NCBI RefSeq assembly: GCF_001194135.2
Contig: NC_068998.1
Location: forward strand, 29,502,121-29,544,633
Direction: 5' to 3'
DNA length: 42,513 nucleotides
Source of the DNA: Octopus bimaculoides
Taxonomy: Eukaryota
Part shown: in pieces, positions 35,141-42,513 of the stretch
Position numbering within the stretch: position 1 is the stretch's first letter
Layout: every line of letters starts with the position of its first letter
Made by a program: the position numbers and the translations under genes
Notes under the pieces: model-generated
Seen by the model: only the letters and a program-made list of their open reading frames with translations
What the model was told of the DNA's origin: nothing
Database searches by the model: none

Positions 35141-36022
35141 TATATATATATTACACAGACATATAATATATGCATACATTCATGCACACATATATGCACG
35201 TATACGTAGGGACACTGAGTTATATACGTGTGCTGTTTAGAAATATTTAAAAGAATTTACTTCATATTTATCTAACACAAATCCCAACTAAAGAAACAAA
35301 TGAATTAACAACTGAAGGAAATGAAAAGCAGTAGAAACTAAAACCTTTTTCGGTTGATGTGATCGGATTACGCCATTGAAAGAAAGCAGACGACACAGGG
35401 AAGTATGTAAATATCATCTTGCAACCAGTGTTTAGCTACTTAACGTCTGTATCCCTAAGTCTTCTTCCTCTCACATTCACGCTATAAATTTCTCTATACC
35501 TTCCTCCTAACTCACAAACGTTTAGAATAAGAATATTGAGCGTTTTATCTATTCATTTATTCATTCATTTGTTATTAGTAAATTGTTTTCTCATGTCATC
35601 ACTTTTATTTTAAGATTATTTCTTTTACCTTCTGCCTGTTTGCTTCTCTGTATACTTTTTTGTTTTGTTTCGATGTCTATTCTTTTTTGTTTATCTTTCT
35701 TTTTATATATATTTTTTATCAACTTCTCACTATTTCTTCGTTTCGTCGCGCTTCTGACAAGTCACTTTTTTTGTTTTGATTGCTATCAATAATATCCGCT
35801 GGCAACGATGTCATATTTGCCGCAGCTATTACGTATGGGTAGTGTACCGACACATAGAAGTAGAATAGCGGAAAAAAGAAAAAAAAGTCAGACGAAATGT
35901 GTTAAAATGAATTGTAAGGAAAGCCGATCTGTACGACTGAGATAATTTTTTCCATCTATTCTATTTTCATTTTCCTCAGCATTCAGATGAAATTTGTTTT
36001 TTTCCTTCTTTTGTTTCAACAG

Positions 36023-36255
36023 AAAACCAGAACATGTACTTCTTCAACAAAAAGAACATGTGGTCAAAATATGCACAGAATTGAAAGAAAATGGGCAGGG
36101 ACTCTGGGCATCCTCCATCCCGAGTAAACAAGGTGGAAATATAAGTGAACTACACCAGAATTTATCGGTGTTAGTTGACTCGCTACCAAGAGACAATCGT
36201 ATTGTAACAGCTGTTATCAACGGAAGATTGAACTTAGATGACTACAACTGTGGTG
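36023..36255 (+). CDS. Candidate internal coding exon of an unidentified gene (77 full codons)
   Basis: Polypyrimidine tract plus CAG acceptor (TTTTGTTTCAACAG), an open frame KPEHVLLQQ...LDDYNCG, and donor G|GTAAGC at 36256. No recognisable domain; a decayed LINE endonuclease is an alternative. Confidence 0.4.
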
Positions 36256-36599
36256 GTAAGCAGGGAAAATATGTGGATGGGTTAGAAAAGTGATAGAAGC
36301 AAATGAGTTAAAGAGAGGAAAGTGTGAAAAATTAAAAGGAAAATATTAAAGAAGAGAACGTAAGAAAGGCGGAATGAAAATGAGAAGGTAGAATGTTTGA
36401 CTGGCGTGTATAGAAAGGGATGGGGAAAAAGATTAAGGATGCAAGGACAGAGAAATGAATGGTAGCAGCGAAGATATGGGACAAAGTGTAAATGTAAATG
36501 CATTGCTAGCAAAGGAAGCAGAAATAATGGGAAGAGTTATGTTGCAAGAAAACGATGATGATCAACAAAACATAGTGAGGATGATGTGCAGATATATTA

Positions 36600-37530
36600 G
36601 AGAAGAGTAGGATCTGAGGTATGTTGATAGGTGCAAGCTAAAAATAGAAACAGAAAAGAACAGACTGTTTGAAGCAAATAAGAAAAAAAAAAACTGTTTC
36701 AGGAACCAGATGGACAATTACACGTAACAGTGATACAAAAGGCAAACGAAAGCAGGGCATTTTGGAGAGGAATCTGAGACCAATCTGTAATGCATAATGA
36801 CGAAGCAGAGTGGCTGCATGAAATCCAAGATAGGTTAAGAAATATACAAGGTCAAGACAACTTAAAATAACTAGCGAAATAATAAAAAGACAGTTAAGGA
36901 AAATCCCAAATTGGAAGAGCCCAGGGCTGGATGGTATCCAAGGTCATTAAATGAAGAAGTTGAGAGAGCTCTATGAAAGCATAACAGGACAGCTGGATAA
37001 GTACTTGCAGGAAGGCTCAGTACCCAGATGAATGACAAACGGAAAGACATTGTTATGTGCCATGGATCATGGAAAGGGTAATATTATATCAAACTTTCCA
37101 CCAATAATGCGTATTCCGTTGATGTGGAAACTATTGTTAGGTATTTTGACCGGTGAACTGTATGGATACTTAGATATCCTTGAATGAAATACTACAGAAA
37201 ACAAAGCTGAGGTGCGATCTGGGAAGTGGTAAAGGAAAACTCAACCACCTGCTATTCATGGATAACTAGAAGTCGTTTGCAAAAAGTGAGGCAGAACTGG
37301 ACAGTCTCGTCCAGTCTGTGCGGATTTTCTCAAATGATATCAAGACAGAGTTTGGACTTTCAAAATGTGCTGTGATGGCGATGAGAAGAGGAAAGCTTAT
37401 TACAATAGAGGGTGTGTGTATGCCAAGTGGTGATATGATGAAGGCAATTGAACAAGAATCCGGATATAAAAACCTGGGAATACTTGAGGTAGATGGAATT
37501 AAGCATAATATGAAAGAAAAGACAAAGAAA
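36600..37530 (+). mobile_element. R4/Dong-like RLE LINE, RT fragment with internal deletion
   Basis: HNDEAEWL, IPNWKSPGLDGIQG, PLMWKLL, LNHLLFMD, EFGLSKCA, YKNLGILE across frameshifts. Confidence 0.82.
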
Positions 37531-37560
37531 GAGTGCGGCAATTGAGAAAAATATTGGATT

Positions 37561-37632
37561 CAAACGTGAACGTAGCGACGGGCGAAATACCGCTAAGCAT
37601 TTCGTCCAGCGTTCTAACGATTCTGCCAGCTC
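37561..37632 (-). mobile_element. SINE family A, 5' fragment
   Basis: Reverse complement reads GAGCTGGCAGAATCGTTAGAACGCTGGACGAAATGCTTAGCGGTATTTCG. Confidence 0.82.
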
Positions 37633-38189
37633 AAATAATTCTAATGACAAATATGCTATTTATTCGAGACGGAAAATTGAATAAATCGTTATTTCAAGCA
37701 AGTTCGAGTTTACCGCAGCCAAAATATACATCTGTTCAAATCTGGCTGTGGTAGATAGCTCAAGCAATGTTTATTTACAAATGTATTTTAACAAATTCGT
37801 ACACGTGCGCGCGGTCTACAGTGTGCAAGCATGTGTGCGATCGTGTGCGCGAACATGTGTGAGTGTATGTCTGTGTGCGTGTCTGTGTGTGTGTGTCTGT
37901 GAGAGAGAGAGAGCGTGAGTGAGGGGAGAAAGAGAGACAGAGAAAGAGAATGTGTATGCACGCGTGTATATATGTGTCTGTAGCTTTGTGTGTGTCTGTG
38001 TAAGCGTCATTAATGTTTGTGTTACGATGTGTGTGTGTGTATGTGTGCGAGTGTAAGAAAGAGAAAGAGAGAGAGAGAGGGCGGCAAAGAGTGAGAATTT
38101 GTGTGCGTGTGTGTGTGAGAGAGAAAGAATGTGTACGTTTGTGTGTATCTGCGTGTGTGTGCGTGCGAGAGAGAAAGAGAAAGAGAGTG

Positions 38190-38231
<42 letters not shown>

Positions 38232-38566
38232 AGAGAGAGGGGGAAGTGAGAAAGAAAGAGTAAAAGATAGAGAAAGAGTTGTTTCCTTGTGTAGTCAAAA
38301 ATCCGAGAATTGTTTGTAGGAATTAATGAAATTGACGATTGAATATGTTGTGGTTTTCAATTTTTAGCTGACAGATACTTCGAGACGGTGATATTGTTGG
38401 GCGAGGAATATTTTTCAGTGCTGCTCCACCTGAAACAGACAACTTCCATTGAACACTGTTTGTACAATGAATTTTCTAAAACATTTTAAAAGCATCTTAG
38501 TTTTGTTTATTCTTCTTAGAAGTTGATCATCAAGAATAAAGAGAACTTTGAATATCAACAAACGGA

Positions 38567-38622
<56 letters not shown>

Positions 38623-39009
38623 GACACACATTTTCTAGTTTCTGTTATGTATTATACATTACTGCGTACTGTGTCTTAGAATTTACCGGAAGTTGGTACC
38701 ATTAGCAGCAAAAATCTCAGCTGAATATGCCAGTTATTTTCAATTGATTCTGTACAGTATGGCATGATACCACAATAAAGGGCCAAATGGATATTTGTTT
38801 ATCTTTGTATAGTTAATGTCCGTGTGTGTGTGTGTGTGTGCGTGTAAGCACACACACATACACACACGCAAACACATATGGTGGGTCTCCGTCGTTCGAC
38901 AACGAGGATTAAGTTGTTCGATTAACTCAATTACCTGCTCCTGAAATGTGTAAATGGCTAAATATTCCAAAGATATTAGAATATCTTGTTAAATGCAAAC
39001 AACTCTGAG

Positions 39010-39650
39010 TTCTATATTTTCTGGGGTCTGCAGAAATTCTCCTTTGTTATTTTGGATTTAATCACAGCACCAGTGTATACAACATTCTCATCAATTTCGA
39101 GGTATCTGTAGCTTCAATCATTGGAGATAGGGGAGATAGACAAGCCGTTGGTGTCATCTTTTTCTACCTGGTCGACAATCGTTCCTCAATTGACTATCAT
39201 ATATGAGCATTTGTCTTGTCCAGACTCCATTGCTATATCTCGTGAGAATGTTATGACTATTTCTAATTGTCTCTTGAATATAATTTGTGGGTAACATTAA
39301 CTTAATCTGTTCAGCATATCGCAACATGTAGTTTTGCATTTTGTTAACAAGGCTGACAAAGGATTCATTGCCAGTACAAGTAACATTACAGAAAAATTAT
39401 CACCCTGGAATATGCCTGTTGTCACTTTAATAGTCGTCAGTGATAACTGTGTGGACCATGTTACAACCATTCTTTCAATGGCATTCTCTAAAGCAGCTGG
39501 TACTTTGGCAAGGTGCAGTGATTCTATCACGCATGAGTGAGGCAGGGAGTCGAACGCCTTGTAATCTAGCCCCATACTCCTTTCTTCCTTCCTGCCTATT
39601 CATCGGTTATCACTCCATTTGTTTGGCAGTGATCTTGAAGAAATATATTC
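39010..39650 (-). mobile_element. R4/Dong-like RT fragment
   Basis: LDYKAFDSLPHS, GIFQGD, LAMNPLS, YRYLEIDEN. Confidence 0.78.
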
Positions 39651-39672
39651 AGACAGACTGCGTACAGCCTGC

Positions 39673-39705
<33 letters not shown>

Positions 39706-39741
39706 TGTATGTATGTATGTATGTATGTATGNNNNNNNNNN

Positions 39742-39795
<54 letters not shown>

Positions 39796-40686
39796 CATAT
39801 GTATATCAGTGAGATAGAGTTAAAGACGAAGGGCAGGGGCAGATGATAAGAGATATTGTGATGTGTTCTTACATATAAATATATTTTCTTTTATAAACAG
39901 TATCCATTTTTGTCGGCGCCCCTCTTTGCATTTGTTTACAATGTTGCCTCCCTCTTTTACTTAGTTCGCTTACTTTCATACTAATTGTACATAACAATTT
40001 ATACATCACAACGTTTTTCTTATATGCACTTCTCTTTGTTTATACACTTCGTCATTTTGTTATTTCTCTCTCTCCCTCCTCACTTTAACCATTGTTCCGA
40101 TATAAGTTCTGTTAGAAGTATCTTTCTTGGAATGATCACTGTCTCTTATTTCTCTCACGCATATGTATGTTTGTATGTGTGTATATTTGTTCTTGCATGT
40201 ATGCCAGTATATATATANNNNNNNNNNNNNNNNNNNNNNNNNNNNNNNNNNNNNNNNNNNNNNNNNNNNNNNNNNNNNNNNNNNNNNNNNNNNNNNNNTA
40301 TATATATGCATGTACAATCAAAGTTCTTCGCGGAAGCGTTTCGTTCACAAAGAAAGTGACAATTTTTTTTATTTAATCAAGAAAGTTCCAGGATTATGTA
40401 GATGAGTCAACGAGTACATCTATGTAGGTGTATGCATGAATTTATCTACACTTACGTAATGGACATACACTTTTCTTTAACACACGAGCTGGTGATATAA
40501 TTCTTTATGCATGTGCATATATGATATTTACCCAAGTGTAATTGTGTGGCATAATTTCATTCCAGGAAACCTTAAATAGAGTGTCTGCAGCATGTTTTAC
40601 GCATTTTCACTTCACAACCTAATCCATTGGATTTGGTGGTGGTCTGAATCCCTTCTATTGACAAAATGTAATATTATGACATACAT

Positions 40687-40892
40687 TAAGGTGGCGAACA
40701 GGTAGCATGGTAAGCACGCCGGGCAAAATGCTTAGCGGCTTTTCATCCCTCTTCACGTTTGAGCTCAAATTTCGTCGAGGTCAACTTTGTCTTTATTCTT
40801 TATACAATGAGTAGCAGTTGAGCACTGGGATCGATGTTATCGATTTACCCACTCTTCCGAAAATACTGGCCTTGTATCAAAATTTGAAACCA
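40687..40892 (+). mobile_element. SINE family A
   Basis: TAAGGTGGCGAAC...GCACGCCGGGCAAAATGCTTAGCGG...CTGGCCTTGTATCAAAATTTGAAA. Confidence 0.85.
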
Positions 40893-40904
40893 ATATTACA
40901 ACAC

Positions 40905-41135
40905 ACATTGTTAAATTTCATATTAAGATGTACATTGACGAATGTAGTATGATAGCATACACTAGCAAAAGTAGCTTTATTAAATACATTGTCAAATATA
41001 GTATTACAACGTACGTAGATTGTCCAGTGTAGTGATATGACGTATATTGTCATATGTAGTGTTACAACATACAATAAAATATGTAGTATTATAACGTACA
41101 TAGCTAAATGTAATATTAAGATGTATAGTATCTTA
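40905..41135. repeat. Degenerate 27-31 bp minisatellite
   Basis: Units resemble ATTGTCAAATGTAGTATTACAACGTAC; about 5-7 diverged copies. Confidence 0.6.
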
Positions 41136-41246
41136 TAAATAGCTAACTTTTCACCGTCACGTTTGTCAGTCTGCTCCAGACCTTCTGAGGTCTAGCCGCT
41201 GACCACAGAGCACACAGCCAGTTCCAGCGACGATACGACAACAGCA

Positions 41247-42258
41247 GTTTCACCGTTTTGTCCACAGATTCTTCACTTATCACTTTCTGATGTGTTGTCT
41301 ATTCTGTATTTTATGCAGCTTCGATCTTATTCCTTCCGTTTAATTTCGACTTTAGGATCAGTCTCAGTCTGCGTAAGTACTCCACCTTAAAATTTTCTGT
41401 CATTCCTTTCTTCATTAATTTATTCATTTCCAATATCCCCAAGTACTTTTAGCCCGTCTCTTCTATCTGCTTCATAACCCACCACGACGGTATCGTTAGT
41501 CCGTCCATACATTTGATTTTGCCTCTTTTTAATACTAACACGCCACACTTTCTCAGTCCGAACTCCATTCTGATATCAGCACTGAAGGTATAGATCGTAT
41601 CAACGAAGGAACTGACTTGGGCTTCATCTTTACCATAAAGTTTGAGGTCATCCATGAATAGCAAATGGTTGACTTTTTGTTGCCGGCTTTTGAATACATA
41701 CCCAGCTTTTTCTTTCCTCAGAATCAGTGTCAGTGGTATCAAGCACAGTACAAAGATCAGTGGGGACAGGCAGTCCCCTTAGAAGATGCCCCTCTTAATT
41801 TCTACTATCCCTAAACTTCTTCCGTATGCTGTTAGGTCCGTCCTCCAATTCGCCATACTTTTTCCAAGCAATCGCTCAACATTCGATGCAATCCCACACA
41901 GGTTCATTCACTCCATAATCCAAGAATGTGGGATCATTTCGTACGCCTTATGATAGTCGATCCATGACATGGCTAAGTTACTTTTCCTTCTCTTGCAGTC
42001 TCTGAGTACAGTTTTATCTATCAGGAGTTGATCTTTGGTACCTCTGCACTTACGCATGCAACCCTTCTGCTCATGTGGCGGGACTCCATTTTTTCTAGAT
42101 GTTCGTACATTGACTCTGCGACTATTCCAGTCAATAATTTCCACATAAGTGGCAAACAGGATTTCGGCTTGTAACTGTCTACCGAATTGCCTTTTTCGAT
42201 GTTTTTCAGGCACAGCACTGTCCTACTCAGTGTCAACCACTCTGATGTTGCTTGGTCA
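41247..42258 (-). mobile_element. R4/Dong-like RLE LINE, RT core plus a jump to the CCHC region
   Basis: [16 protein letters not shown]...[61 protein letters not shown], then a deletion to KYRIDNTSESDK*RICGQNGET. Confidence 0.9.
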
Positions 42259-42259
42259 A

Positions 42260-42513
42260 GAAAAATAATGACAGGATATAGGATGCACCACCCAAAATCT
42301 GACATAGAAAGGCTATATATACAACGCACAGAAGGTGGCAGGGGTCTTATACAGCTGGAAAACTATTATAAAATAACCACTATAGTACTGCAAAAATACC
42401 TACTCCAGAAGCAAGGAAAACTAATACAAATAGCCACAAAACACGAGCAAAACAAAAAACTGTTTTTAGTATTTAAGGAAGCTGACAAATACAAACAAGA
42501 AATCATACTGCCT
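42260..42513 (+). mobile_element. R4/Dong-like LINE thumb-region fragment, running off the window end
   Basis: [33 protein letters not shown] in an open frame to the window edge. Confidence 0.82.

Larger units (their letters stand above)
4952..40298. other. Ten assembly gaps (N runs)
   Basis: 4952-5158, 16532-16644, 17041-17091, 20669-21456, 21811-22079, 31886-32085, 32849-33133, 34241-34959, 39732-39741, 40218-40298. All but the first abut simple repeats. Confidence 0.98.

Noticed and set aside
37711-37753. 11-bp stem hairpin (TACCGCAGCCA / TGGCTGTGGTA)
   Set aside because: Too short for a pre-miRNA and has no supporting context.
38369-38490. Possible exon after TTTTTAG (DRYFETVILLGEEY...)
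   Set aside because: No convincing donor site and no recognisable protein similarity.
41247-42513. Twin-priming 5' inversion of a single LINE
   Set aside because: The minus fragment extends to the CCHC region, downstream of where the plus fragment starts, so the geometry does not fit. They are probably separate insertions.

Overview
Eukaryotic, AT-rich, microsatellite-dense DNA with ten N-gaps. The SINE families and repeat content point to an octopod cephalopod draft assembly (inference). No intact protein-coding gene is evident, and the window is mostly decayed transposable elements. These are a DD34D mariner, a DD37D maT, an internally deleted pogo-like element (psq-HTH + PHD), a non-autonomous Helitron, two fold-back MITEs, two RTE LINE 3' ends, four Tx1/L1-clade pieces, five R4/Dong-like RLE LINE pieces, two Penelope-like elements (PLEs), a dismembered CsRn1-like Gypsy LTR element and about 12 tRNA-derived SINE copies of two families. 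The most notable signals, none visible in the ORF track, are: (1) an apparently intact minimal type-I hammerhead ribozyme at 400-464 (-), plus three to four degenerate hammerhead-like motifs, one lying downstream of a PLE; (2) a 2.4-kb LTR/PBS(tRNA-Trp) nest at 28.2-30.7 kb; (3) an in-frame Tx1-endonuclease/PLE chimera; (4) one candidate orphan exon with strong splice sites at 36023-36255. All family calls come from motif recognition by eye; no database search was run.
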